Notes: generated from the letters alone by a model not told the origin. Counted from the stretch's first letter, positions 1 to 9,198 are shown. The stretch is 24,900 bases of DNA from Microcoleaceae cyanobacterium (GCA_051652765.1 JBOFUV010000047.1:1-24900); one strand, 5' to 3'. A program made the numbers and translations.

Positions 1-1098
1 GTGGTTGGAATTGCAACAGATGGAGAAAGGGCGCTCCAGAAAGTTGCAGAAACTCAACCCGATTTGGTGATCATGGATATTGTTATACCGGGAGAACTCG
101 ATGGCATTGAAACAGCAGATTTAGTTCGAGCCCACTTTAAAATTCCTGTGATTTATCTCACAGCCTACGCGGATAGTGCCACCCTCGAACGTGCTAAAGT
201 TACGGCTCCCTATGGTTATGTTTTAAAACCATTTCAACCTCAAGAACTGAACACTGCAATTCAAATTGCTCTGGTCAGACATCATACCGAACTGTATCGG
301 TTGAATCAGCTCCGACGTAGCATTAGTTCATCCTTACCCCACGAAATTAATACCCCTCTCCATGGCATTATTGGCTTCACAAATTTCATCCAGAAAAATT
401 ACGATTCCCTCTCTTCAACAGAAATTTTGGAGATGCTCCAAGACATTCAGAATTCGGCAATCTGGCTAGAACAAACCTGTAAAAACTTTTTGCTTCATGC
501 TAAGTTAGCAATTCTGGCCACTGAAGATCAGGAGATTCAAAAATTACGTATGGAACTGACTCATACCGTCAAGTTTCTGATTGAATACTGGGCTAAACAA
601 AAAGCTGAGGGATTTGATCGAACCAATGATTTAGTCTTTGAAATCCAAGACTGTACTATACAAATTTCTGAAAATTATCTTCAAAAAATTTTAGAAGAAG
701 TTCTGGATAATGCTTTTAAGTTTTCCAAGTTGGGAACTCCTGTTCTAGTCCAAGGATTTTCTGAAGAACAACTGTTTAAACTGTTAATCCGCGATCGCGG
801 TCAAGGGATTTCCCTAGAACAGATTGCAGAGTTGGGGGCCTACGTGCAATTTGGCCGCAAACATTATGAGCAGAAAGGGGTTGGATTAGGACTCATTATC
901 AGCCAACAATTAATTCATTTACATGGTGGAGAACTGACAATTGAGAGCATTCCAGGCGAGGGAACAACGGTGATGATTCAGTTCCCGATTGCTTCCTGTG
1001 AAAGCATCACTGAAACATTTGATTCTGAACCAAGTGATGCTGTCGAACCCTGTAATGCTACACTGCCCCCTAAATCCCCCAAGGTTGGGGGACTTTGA
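1..1098 (+). CDS. Hybrid response regulator receiver / sensor histidine kinase (REC-HisKA-HATPase_c), 5'-partial
   Basis: Receiver motifs DLVIMDIVIPG, IYLTAY and KP. H-box SLPHEINTPLHGIIGF, N-box LDNAFKFS, G boxes DRGQGI and GVGLGL. The first receiver strand is missing, so the gene starts before the window. The last ~21 codons and the stop lie inside an inserted repeat element. Confidence 0.92.
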   Translation: MVGIATDGERALQKVAETQPDLVIMDIVIPGELDGIETADLVRAHFKIPVIYLTAYADSATLERAKVTAPYGYVLKPFQPQELNTAIQIALVRHHTELYRLNQLRRSISSSLPHEINTPLHGIIGFTNFIQKNYDSLSSTEILEMLQDIQNSAIWLEQTCKNFLLHAKLAILATEDQEIQKLRMELTHTVKFLIEYWAKQKAEGFDRTNDLVFEIQDCTIQISENYLQKILEEVLDNAFKFSKLGTPVLVQGFSEEQLFKLLIRDRGQGISLEQIAELGAYVQFGRKHYEQKGVGLGLIISQQLIHLHGGELTIESIPGEGTTVMIQFPIASCESITETFDSEPSDAVEPCNATLPPKSPKVGGL

Positions 1099-1180
1099 GA
1101 AATCCGGCTCCCCCAGAATTGGGGGCTGGGGGGCGAATTCATCCCGCCATTAAGCATCACTGAAACATTTGATTCTGAAC
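1002..1180 (+). repeat. Exact 29-bp direct repeat AAGCATCACTGAAACATTTGATTCTGAAC, copies 150 bp apart
   Basis: Copies at 1002-1030 and 1152-1180, read directly from the sequence. Confidence 0.95.
1033..1161. mobile_element. Non-autonomous palindromic mini-element (MITE/REP-like, cyanobacterial CCCCC/GGGGG type)
   Basis: Terminal inverted repeats AGTGATGCT (1033-1041) and AGCATCACT (1153-1161). Internal hairpins TCCCCCAAggTTGGGGGA and CCCCCAgaatTGGGGG. Flanks 1012-1032 and 1162-1182 match at 20 of 21 bases. Confidence 0.65.
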
Positions 1181-1226
1181 TATGGAGAACTATAGAAATG
1201 CTCTACTCCACAGCATCTAACTTTGA

Positions 1227-3461
1227 TTATGGAAAGCGTATGGAAAGATCCTGAGTTAGGCGGGTCAGAACTGCGATTTCTAGAATGTTTTGAGCTGCTA
1301 GATCTCCTTGCCAATTCAGGTCATGCCGTCTGTTTTCAAGCTGTTCAATGAGCTGATCAATCGGTTGAGCAAATCGATAAAATCCCAACCTTTCACCCAG
1401 TTGACGAAGTTCTTTCCAACTCTGCAATGTGATTGGATTGACTTGGTGTAATCCTGTGATGAGTAACTCTGCTAGATTGTTTAAACTTGCAGACAAAATA
1501 GGAGTTAGCGGAGAGCTTAACTGAGCCATGAAACTCTCCAGTTGATCAGGTTGAATCGTTGAACTAACACTCTGCAAATTCTGTAAATTCTGATCTAACC
1601 AGGGTTGTAATAGGGTGCGTGTTTTTCCAGGTTCAATCACCAAAGAAACGGGATAAATCACCAATCCTTGGGCTTTTAAGACAACCTGTCCAGCCACAAA
1701 CTTTAAGCCATCTCCAGGTAAAGTTTGTAAGCTTGTAAATAACTCTTCTACTCCCGCTCGGCCCCGAAAAGTATAGGGATGATTTAAGATCATCTGTCCT
1801 CCTTGCCCATCTGTTAAGGTTGCCATAACAGCATGGTCAACCTGATCGAATCTAACGTCGTCTACGGCTTTAACCCGACAAACATAGAAATGCTCCGTGA
1901 GGTGGCGCGATCGCAAACAAGCAGGCGGTAAGGTTTGCAAGTGGGCCTGAAGTTCGGCAAAATCTTCAACCAGCAACGGTGGGCGGAGAGTTTCCCAGTG
2001 ATAGGTCTGGGGATTGAGTATGGCTTTTGTCCGGCTCAGGATCAACTCATGGCTAGGGGTTAACTTTCCCCCTTGAGTCAGCAATTGTCCTGAACCTAAC
2101 CCTGACCAGGTCATGCCTTGCTTGACTTGAGTTCTTCCCAGGGTTGCAAAGGATTGAGGGGGTTCATCAGTCGTATTGGGAAGGTTGGCGTTGGGAAAGT
2201 CTCGACAGAGAGCAGCCAAGGTGCCGGAGTCTATGTCTTGGAGGTAGGCCCTGAACTTGAAACTTCGGTGCTGGAGCTGAACGCCACAGCCCAACCCAAT
2301 CCATCGCCCGGAGCCAATCTCTGTCACCCGATCCGTTTTTGACCCTCGGATGAAGAGTTGCGGCACGGCTCCTGTATTTGAACGAATTGCGTCGAGCCGA
2401 ATACAGAGTTCCCCGATTAGCTCTGCCACCTGGCTAGGGGAAAAGCGAGCATCGTGTTCTAGGTAGCGATCGCGTTCAGTCAGCAATTCCGTTAAGATTT
2501 CTGCAGGCCAAACCAGCCCTTCAGCCCGACATTGAGCTTCCAGCCGTTGCCAGCGCCCCACTAAAGCTGCAGAACAATTGGCTAAACCTGTTTGAACAAG
2601 GTCAATTAAGGTGTGTTCGAGGTCATCCAGTAAAGCCGTAGGAATAGACAACACTGCGGTAGAAGTGTCAACAATTCCACTCGGTTGATCGGCAGGCAGG
2701 CAGCGAAATCCCCAAACTGCTAAAAGAACATGACCACAGGGAACAGGTTCAGCACAGTTACAGTGGGTATAGCGGATATCGTTTGGAACCAAAAACCTTA
2801 CGGTGTAAGGCAAGCTGTGAAACTGAGCCACAGGTTTATTCTGTTTGATGAGTTCAATCACATGACCCGTATGAAAGAGTTTTTGCAGCCGATTAAACTC
2901 GGTTTTACGATAGTATTGAGCCAATTCTGCATCTGTAATCTCACCTGGATTCCAACTGCTGCAGTGTGCAGAACCTTGAGTGGAAGAGTCTGTTTCTTTA
3001 ATTTCTAAAGATTGAGACTCAGGTTCTGGGTAAAGCGCTGTGAATTCGGAAGGCTGACCTGAAGGTAGTTCTACACGCTGTTCCGCAGGCTGTTCTGGGC
3101 AGCTTGTAGGGTTCTCTGAAGTGTCTTTTGAAGTGTTTTTTGAACCGTCCTCTGAACGGTCTGTGGCCTGGTGCAAATTAACCGCCTGTTGATAGGCCAG
3201 AACTGAGCGGAGTAAATGCCGACAGAGGGTGGTTGCAGCACAGCTACAGCAACTCTGACTCAGGGTTGACTTTGCAGGCAGCACACATTCAACAGCATCT
3301 GACCACTGAATAGTAACCGTTCCGGTGTTATCCTCTTGGAGTTGATAGGAGAGTTGAGCCGATTCCAGTTCTTTGATGGCTCGTTGAACCAAGCCCCGGT
3401 TGCTGAGGGTGGTTAAGTCATCCAGTGTAAGGGCCAAAAGATCCTGACGCAGCATTGACAT
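1227..3461 (-). CDS. YehQ-like protein with two SWIM zinc fingers
   Basis: Two CxC-x5-CxH motifs (CSCAATTLCRH, CNCAEPVPCGH). The N-terminus LRQDLLALTLDDLTTLSNRGLVQRAIKELE resembles E. coli YehQ as I recall it. A Pro/Ser/Glu-rich linker lies between the fingers. ATG 3461 chosen (alternatives TTG 3464, ATG 3455). Confidence 0.8.
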   Translation of the reverse strand: MSMLRQDLLALTLDDLTTLSNRGLVQRAIKELESAQLSYQLQEDNTGTVTIQWSDAVECVLPAKSTLSQSCCSCAATTLCRHLLRSVLAYQQAVNLHQATDRSEDGSKNTSKDTSENPTSCPEQPAEQRVELPSGQPSEFTALYPEPESQSLEIKETDSSTQGSAHCSSWNPGEITDAELAQYYRKTEFNRLQKLFHTGHVIELIKQNKPVAQFHSLPYTVRFLVPNDIRYTHCNCAEPVPCGHVLLAVWGFRCLPADQPSGIVDTSTAVLSIPTALLDDLEHTLIDLVQTGLANCSAALVGRWQRLEAQCRAEGLVWPAEILTELLTERDRYLEHDARFSPSQVAELIGELCIRLDAIRSNTGAVPQLFIRGSKTDRVTEIGSGRWIGLGCGVQLQHRSFKFRAYLQDIDSGTLAALCRDFPNANLPNTTDEPPQSFATLGRTQVKQGMTWSGLGSGQLLTQGGKLTPSHELILSRTKAILNPQTYHWETLRPPLLVEDFAELQAHLQTLPPACLRSRHLTEHFYVCRVKAVDDVRFDQVDHAVMATLTDGQGGQMILNHPYTFRGRAGVEELFTSLQTLPGDGLKFVAGQVVLKAQGLVIYPVSLVIEPGKTRTLLQPWLDQNLQNLQSVSSTIQPDQLESFMAQLSSPLTPILSASLNNLAELLITGLHQVNPITLQSWKELRQLGERLGFYRFAQPIDQLIEQLENRRHDLNWQGDLAAQNILEIAVLTRLTQDLSIRFP
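3117..3162. repeat. Degenerate in-frame 12-bp tandem repeat in the SWIM protein linker
   Basis: TGAAGTGTCTTT / TGAAGTGTTTTT / TGAACCGTCCTC / TGAACGGTCT, encoding SEDG-SKNT-SKDT on the minus strand. Confidence 0.6.
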
Positions 3462-3466
3462 CAACC

Positions 3467-4453
3467 CTAACGAAGCCTGACAAACCCGGTTTGCTCAATC
3501 AGATCCTGCCCCTGTTCCGTCAGTAACAACTCCGCATAGGCTTCCCCGGCCCGTTGATCAACTTGGCCGTTTTGTTTCACAATCACAAATAGGCGACGGG
3601 TAATGGGATAGTCTCCGGTCTGAAACCCGCTAGCATTCAAGCGATTGCGTTGATCTGGACAGGCTTCCGAGGGAACTAAAGGTTCTTGATAGGGGGGAAC
3701 CAATTGATCAGCTTTCAACCCAATGGGCAAGGTTTTAACCGTACATTGATCAACCACCTCTGGGGCAGAGGCATAGTAAATCCCGCCAGGATCTTCACTG
3801 ACTGCGCGTAATGCCCGAGTTGTCGTCGGAATGAACACGATGTTAGAGCTAAAGTCCTCACCCCCTAGAATATTATCTTTAAAGAACTCAACGGTTCCAC
3901 CATCTTCGCGGCGACGAGAATAGGATTGAATCCGCAGGTCTGGCCCCCCAACCTGGCTCCAGTTGAGGATTTTTCCGGTATAAATCTCTTTTAACTGAGC
4001 AGTCGTCAACCCTGGAATATCCAAGGTAGGATTCACGGCGATCGCCAGACCGTCAATGGCAACCGGAATTTCTTTCAGGGTAAACCCTCTGCGCTGAGCA
4101 TCTTGATATTCCTGCTCTTTGAGGGAGCGGGAAGACTGAGCAAACGTTAATTGGTTGTCAATCAACATTTCAATTCCCGTTCCTGAACCGGGGGCCTGAG
4201 TTGGGTGATCGGTATAACGCAGTTTGAACTGAGGTAGGGCCTTTTGCATAACAGAATCCACGTCTTTACGGAGCGGAGCCCAAGTAGTGCTGCCGCCGTA
4301 GTTGAAGACTCCCGCTGGAACATTGGATACTGTCTTAAAGTTCTGGGCATAAATTTTGGGATTCTTCATCAGCCACCAAGCTCCAACTCCTAGTAAACCC
4401 AAGGTGATGAGTAAGGCTAGAATCAGAGATAAGGTTTCATTTTTTTGAGACAT
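3467..4453 (-). CDS. PstS-family (PBP2) phosphate-binding protein with N-terminal membrane anchor
   Basis: Motifs YGGSTTWAP, PGSGTGI, FAQSSR, PVAIDGLAIAVNP, IYTGKILNWSQVGGPD and YPITRRLFVIVK. Hydrophobic N-terminal helix with no lipobox Cys. No pstCAB in the window. Confidence 0.88.
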   Translation of the reverse strand: MSQKNETLSLILALLITLGLLGVGAWWLMKNPKIYAQNFKTVSNVPAGVFNYGGSTTWAPLRKDVDSVMQKALPQFKLRYTDHPTQAPGSGTGIEMLIDNQLTFAQSSRSLKEQEYQDAQRRGFTLKEIPVAIDGLAIAVNPTLDIPGLTTAQLKEIYTGKILNWSQVGGPDLRIQSYSRRREDGGTVEFFKDNILGGEDFSSNIVFIPTTTRALRAVSEDPGGIYYASAPEVVDQCTVKTLPIGLKADQLVPPYQEPLVPSEACPDQRNRLNASGFQTGDYPITRRLFVIVKQNGQVDQRAGEAYAELLLTEQGQDLIEQTGFVRLR

Positions 4454-4955
4454 AGTGTTAACGATTAAAACGATGATTTAAAATGATTGCTACTTAAAAT
4501 GACTATTACTTGTTTAGACTCGAACCTAGAACCACCCCATACTAGGGTTTGGGCTATATCATTAGTTTACACTGTGGCAGAGTACTGCACAGACAAGCTA
4601 GAATACTCATCACATTTTCAATCCATTGCCAAGATCCAATCCACCACTCAAGACGTATAAACTTGTAAAGTATAACGGTATCAACCGCTTAAGGAGCAGT
4701 TTTGGTATTGGAGCTAGACTATTAAAACCCCAAACATCAAGAATTAGGATAATTGAGTAAACTTGATGAGTTCCGGATAGTTTGATTTGCACCTTGAATC
4801 TGTTCATAGAATCGTAGTTCAATCACAGCATCGGTTGGTCATAGCTAGATGTGTGTAGAAATCGTTAACTGAGTTGATCTTTAATGTTCTCGGGGCTGCA
4901 ATCTCAGCGAAAATCTGTGGCTGATACTAAGAAAATAGTCTTTAGAGAATGAACT

Positions 4956-6458
4956 ATGAAATTCCTTAAATTTATTCTTAAATTGATCAAATTATTTCTC
5001 AGATATCTTGAAAATTCGGCTTTTAGATTTGCCTTTAAGATTTCTCCAATATCTCTCAAAAAAAGTGGAGAAAGCAGAGTTTACATCACAAGTTTGCTTT
5101 TTCTGCTGTCGATGATAATTTTTGTTGTCCTGAGTTCTCCATTTGCTTTTTCACAAGTTTCTGATCACAAAATTCAGGTTCAGAATCAAGTTGATTTTGA
5201 TTCATCTCCGTCTGAGAAAGTCATGAACATGGAGATGCAACTCGAAACCGAATATGAAACTTATTTTCAGCGAAACCTAGCTGACGTGACTTTAAAGGGC
5301 GACGATATTGCCCAAATGTTATTACAAATCAACCGTCAAACCAAAACTAAGTCTGCTGTTTTTTGGGCAATTCCAGAAGCAGAGTATCTTCATCTTGTGC
5401 TGGTGCTTCCGGGAAAACAACCTATAATTAAAGATATTCAGGGACTTACACGGGACAGGATCATCCAGAAAGTCCGGGAGTTTCAAGTAGATATCACTAA
5501 TCCCGTGCGGCTATTCTCTGATTCTTACTTATCAGCATCTCAACAGCTTTATAACTGGATTATTGAACCGTTTACAGATCAAATTCAAAATACAGAAATA
5601 GATACATTACTCTTTTGCTTGGGCAAAGGGTTACGAAGCTTGCCAATTGCAGCTCTCCATGATGGAAAACAGTTTTTAGTGGAGAAATATAGCCTCAGCC
5701 TAATTCCTGCTTTTAATCTGATTAATACAGCCTACAGTCCTGTTAGAAATGCTCAAGTCTTGGCCATGGGAGCTTCTGAATTTGAGCGACTTCAGCCCTT
5801 GCCTGCAGTACCCGTTGAACTGTCTACTATTATCCCATCAGACTCCTCAAATCATTTCTCCTCTCAGCAGGTTTCGATGCCTTGGTCAGGCAAAACATTC
5901 CTGAATCAATCGTTCACTTTAGATAACCTAAAAGCGCAATTGGATTTAAAGTCTTTTAAGATTATTCACCTGGCAACTCATGCAGAATTTAAGGCAGGTG
6001 CTCCAAACAATTCCTACATTCAATTCTGGAATACTCAACTTTATTTGAATCAGATATCAGACATTAACTGGAGTAATCCTTCCATTGAACTCTTGGTCTT
6101 AAGTGCTTGCAGAACAGCCATTGGCAATGAAGAGGCTGAACTCGGATTTGCGGGGTTAGCCCTAAACTCTGGTGTTAAGTCAGCCTTAGCCAGTTTCTGG
6201 TCTGTCAGTGATTTGGGAACTCTAGCATTAATGAGTGAGTTTTATCAACAGTTGGCAATGGCTCCATCCAAATCAGAAGCCTTGAGGCAGACTCAAATCA
6301 ACATGATTAAAGGCAATATTAAAGTGTTAGGGGGGAGATTACAACTCTCTGGCGAAAAAACTATTTCCCTACCCTCAACTTTAGCCAATTTATCCCTTGA
6401 AAATCCATCTCATCCTTTTTACTGGGCAGCATTTACAATAATTAGTAACCCTTGGTAA
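4956..6458 (+). CDS. CHAT domain (caspase-like) protein with N-terminal hydrophobic segment
   Basis: LRSLPIAALHDGKQFLVEKYSL, LPAVPVEL, His motif IIHLATHAEF, Cys motif LLVLSACRTA, ASFWSVSD and HPFYWAAF. Hydrophobic stretch SLLFLLSMIIFVVLSSPFAFS. The true start is uncertain. Confidence 0.9.
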   Translation: MKFLKFILKLIKLFLRYLENSAFRFAFKISPISLKKSGESRVYITSLLFLLSMIIFVVLSSPFAFSQVSDHKIQVQNQVDFDSSPSEKVMNMEMQLETEYETYFQRNLADVTLKGDDIAQMLLQINRQTKTKSAVFWAIPEAEYLHLVLVLPGKQPIIKDIQGLTRDRIIQKVREFQVDITNPVRLFSDSYLSASQQLYNWIIEPFTDQIQNTEIDTLLFCLGKGLRSLPIAALHDGKQFLVEKYSLSLIPAFNLINTAYSPVRNAQVLAMGASEFERLQPLPAVPVELSTIIPSDSSNHFSSQQVSMPWSGKTFLNQSFTLDNLKAQLDLKSFKIIHLATHAEFKAGAPNNSYIQFWNTQLYLNQISDINWSNPSIELLVLSACRTAIGNEEAELGFAGLALNSGVKSALASFWSVSDLGTLALMSEFYQQLAMAPSKSEALRQTQINMIKGNIKVLGGRLQLSGEKTISLPSTLANLSLENPSHPFYWAAFTIISNPW

Positions 6459-6564
6459 ATTATTGCAATAGATTGTTTCAAGTCTAAAGGGAGATCTTGA
6501 ACCGTCTTGTTTGTCCTTGCGATCGCAGCCTTGGGAAAACCTTAGAAAAACCTCAGAAAAATTA

Positions 6565-9198
6565 ATGCCAAACATTTTCTCTAATACATTCTTCAATACA
6601 GAGTCCGATAGCCATAATTCCTTTGAACTTCCGGGTTCTCGTCCTCATTACAACCCCGATCGTCCGGGTCAAGTCGAACATATTTTCCTTGATTTGGAAT
6701 TAGATATTGCTCGCCGATTCTTTCAGGGAACCTGCACCATTCGCCTGAATCCAGTCCGAAATGGTATTGAAACCTTAACTTTAGATGCAGTTAATCTACA
6801 GATTAAATCTATTGAGATTTCAGGAATAGTTCAACCCTTTGATTATGATGGTGAACAGCTCCAAATTCATCTCACTCAACCGACTATTATTCATCAACCC
6901 TTTCAAATTGTAATTGCTTACTCCGTAAATAATCCCCAACGGGGACTTTATTTTATTGGGCCAGACGAGCATTATCCCCATAAACCTGTTCAGGTTTGGA
7001 CGCAGGGAGAAGATGAAGATTCTCGGTTTTGGTTTCCTTGCTTTGACTATCCCGGACAACTGGCAACTTCAGAACTTCGAGTCCAGGTTCCTCAGGATTT
7101 CTTGGCTATTTCTAATGGCGAATTAGTGAATACTGAAACGCGCGGGAATAGTAAAATCTATCATTGGTTACAACAGCAAGTTCATCCGAGTTATCTGATT
7201 ACATTAGCTGTGGGTCAATTTGTTGAAATCAAAGACGAGTGGAATGGAATTCCTGTGCTCTATTATGTGGAAAAGAGCCGTCAAGAAGATGCGCCTCGCA
7301 GTATGGGAAAAACGCCTCAGATGATCAAGTTTTTTTCAGAAACCTTTGGGTATCTCTATCCTTATCCAAAGTATGCTCAGGTTTGTGTCGATGACTTTAT
7401 TTTTGGGGGCATGGAGAATACTTCAACGACCTTATTAACTGAACGATGTTTGCTGGATGAAAAAGCAGCCTACGATAATCGGAATACTGAAAGCTTAGTT
7501 GCCCATGAATTAGCCCACCAATGGTTTGGGGATTTAGTGGTGATCAAACATTGGTCTCATGCCTGGATTAAAGAGGGCATGGCAACCTATTCAGAAGTTT
7601 TATGGACAGAACAGGAATATGGTAACGCAGAAGCAGCTTACTATCGTTTAGGGGAAGCTTCTAACTATTTTACTGAGGATAGTTCCCGATATCGCCGTCC
7701 CATTGTCACTCATGTTTATCGAGAGGCAATTGAACTCTATGATCGCCATCTTTACGAGAAAGGGGCCTGCGTATATCACATGATTCGGACTGAACTCGGG
7801 GATGATCTGTTTACGAAAGCCATTCATACTTTTGTGCAGGACAATGCTCATCAAACAGTCGAAACAACTGACTTACTTAGAGCAATTGAGAAGGCCACTG
7901 GACGCAATTTTCTCTCCTTGTTCGATCAATATGTTTATCGAGGAGGACATCCTGATTATGAGATTTCTTATACTTGGGATGGAGAGAATAAACTTGCGAA
8001 AGTTACGGTTGATCAGACTCAAGCTAAAGATAGTAAAAAAATCACTGAACAGGATTTATTTGACTTAAAAATTCCAATCGCTTTCGGATATAAACCTGAT
8101 GCTGAAAACTCGGAAAAACCAACTCAACCACAGTTTAAAATCTTCACCGTTCGAGTGCATGAGAAACAACAAAGTTTCTACTTCCCTTTAGAGAAAAAGC
8201 CGGATTTTGTCAGCTTTGATCAGGGAAATCATCTCCTAAAAACAGTTACGTTAAACTACCCAGTTGCAGAATTGACGACTCAGTTAAGCTGTGATCCTGA
8301 TCCCATTTCTCGGATTTATGCCGCTCAAGCATTATCCAAGAAAGGAGGACTAGAAGCTGTGAAGGCATTGTCAGAATCCTTGAAGCTGGAACCGTTCTGG
8401 GGCGTGCGTTTAGAAGTAGTCAAACAGCTTGTCAAAGTCAAATTAGATCAGGCTTTTGATGGACTGGTTGTCAGCTTAGAGGATGAAAATCCCCGAGTGC
8501 GGCGGGCGGTTGTTGATGCCTTGGCTAAGATTAAAACCCCGGAGAGCTACGAGCGCTTGAAACCGATTGTCGAGCATGGAGATCCTAGCTATTGGGTGGA
8601 AGCGGCTGCTTCTAGTGCGATTGGTGAAATTGCAGTGGGGAGAACTGACGAACAACCCACTGAAGCACAGACAATTGATCTGCTGAACTCCGTGTTGAGG
8701 GAGCGGGCAGGTTGGAATGAAGTGGTACGCTCTGGGGCGATCGCAGGCTTAAGTCAAATGAAAACCTCAGAAAATGCCCTAAATTTAATCTTGAACCACA
8801 CTATTTTAGGGGTTCCTCAAGCTTTACGTCTAGCTGCAATTCGAGCATTAGGCAGTATTTCCATAGGTCAAACTCCCGTAAATTTAGAACGGATTCTTCA
8901 GCGTTTAAAAGAAATTTCTAAGGAGGATTTCTTCTTGACTCAGGTGGCTGCCGTTGTTGCCTTAGAACAGATGGAAACTCCCAAAGCGATCGCTGTTTTA
9001 AGTGAACTTGCTGACCAAACCTATGATGGTCGCGTGCGACGACGGGCAGAAGAAGCAATTCAAACTGTTCAGCACAATGTGGGTTCAGACAAAGCCGTAA
9101 AACAACTCCGAGAGGAATTAGACAAGATCAAAAAAGAGAACCAAGAGTTGCGAAGTCGCCTGGAAAACCTAGAAGCCAAAGCAATTTCTAAGGAATAA
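6565..9198 (+). CDS. pepN: M1 family aminopeptidase N with C-terminal HEAT repeats and coiled coil
   Basis: GGMEN exopeptidase motif and HELAH-x18-E zinc motif (HELAHQWFGDLVVIKHWSHAWIKEG), plus YEKGA. HEAT-like repeats (ENPRVRRAVVDALAKI) and a coiled-coil tail. ATG 6565 preferred over TTG 6511. Confidence 0.92.
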   Translation: MPNIFSNTFFNTESDSHNSFELPGSRPHYNPDRPGQVEHIFLDLELDIARRFFQGTCTIRLNPVRNGIETLTLDAVNLQIKSIEISGIVQPFDYDGEQLQIHLTQPTIIHQPFQIVIAYSVNNPQRGLYFIGPDEHYPHKPVQVWTQGEDEDSRFWFPCFDYPGQLATSELRVQVPQDFLAISNGELVNTETRGNSKIYHWLQQQVHPSYLITLAVGQFVEIKDEWNGIPVLYYVEKSRQEDAPRSMGKTPQMIKFFSETFGYLYPYPKYAQVCVDDFIFGGMENTSTTLLTERCLLDEKAAYDNRNTESLVAHELAHQWFGDLVVIKHWSHAWIKEGMATYSEVLWTEQEYGNAEAAYYRLGEASNYFTEDSSRYRRPIVTHVYREAIELYDRHLYEKGACVYHMIRTELGDDLFTKAIHTFVQDNAHQTVETTDLLRAIEKATGRNFLSLFDQYVYRGGHPDYEISYTWDGENKLAKVTVDQTQAKDSKKITEQDLFDLKIPIAFGYKPDAENSEKPTQPQFKIFTVRVHEKQQSFYFPLEKKPDFVSFDQGNHLLKTVTLNYPVAELTTQLSCDPDPISRIYAAQALSKKGGLEAVKALSESLKLEPFWGVRLEVVKQLVKVKLDQAFDGLVVSLEDENPRVRRAVVDALAKIKTPESYERLKPIVEHGDPSYWVEAAASSAIGEIAVGRTDEQPTEAQTIDLLNSVLRERAGWNEVVRSGAIAGLSQMKTSENALNLILNHTILGVPQALRLAAIRALGSISIGQTPVNLERILQRLKEISKEDFFLTQVAAVVALEQMETPKAIAVLSELADQTYDGRVRRRAEEAIQTVQHNVGSDKAVKQLREELDKIKKENQELRSRLENLEAKAISKE

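Noticed and set aside
978..1160. 60-aa minus-strand ORF with PPSPQFWG / PPTLGDLGG motifs
   Set aside because: It is a translation of the palindromic repeat element and the kinase antisense strand, not a credible gene.
1002..1180. 29-bp direct repeat as a CRISPR mini-array
   Set aside because: Only two copies, the intervening 121 bp is far longer than a spacer and is itself palindromic, and there are no cas genes.
4455..4510. Pho (SphR) box upstream of the PstS-like gene
   Set aside because: The TTAA cores are spaced 7, 13 and 16 bp apart rather than the 11-bp period of cyanobacterial Pho boxes; better explained as a degenerate local duplication.
4610..4822. 70-aa minus-strand ORF in the PstS-CHAT intergenic region
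   Set aside because: Non-ATG start and no motif, in an AT-rich divergent promoter region; cannot be supported without conservation data.
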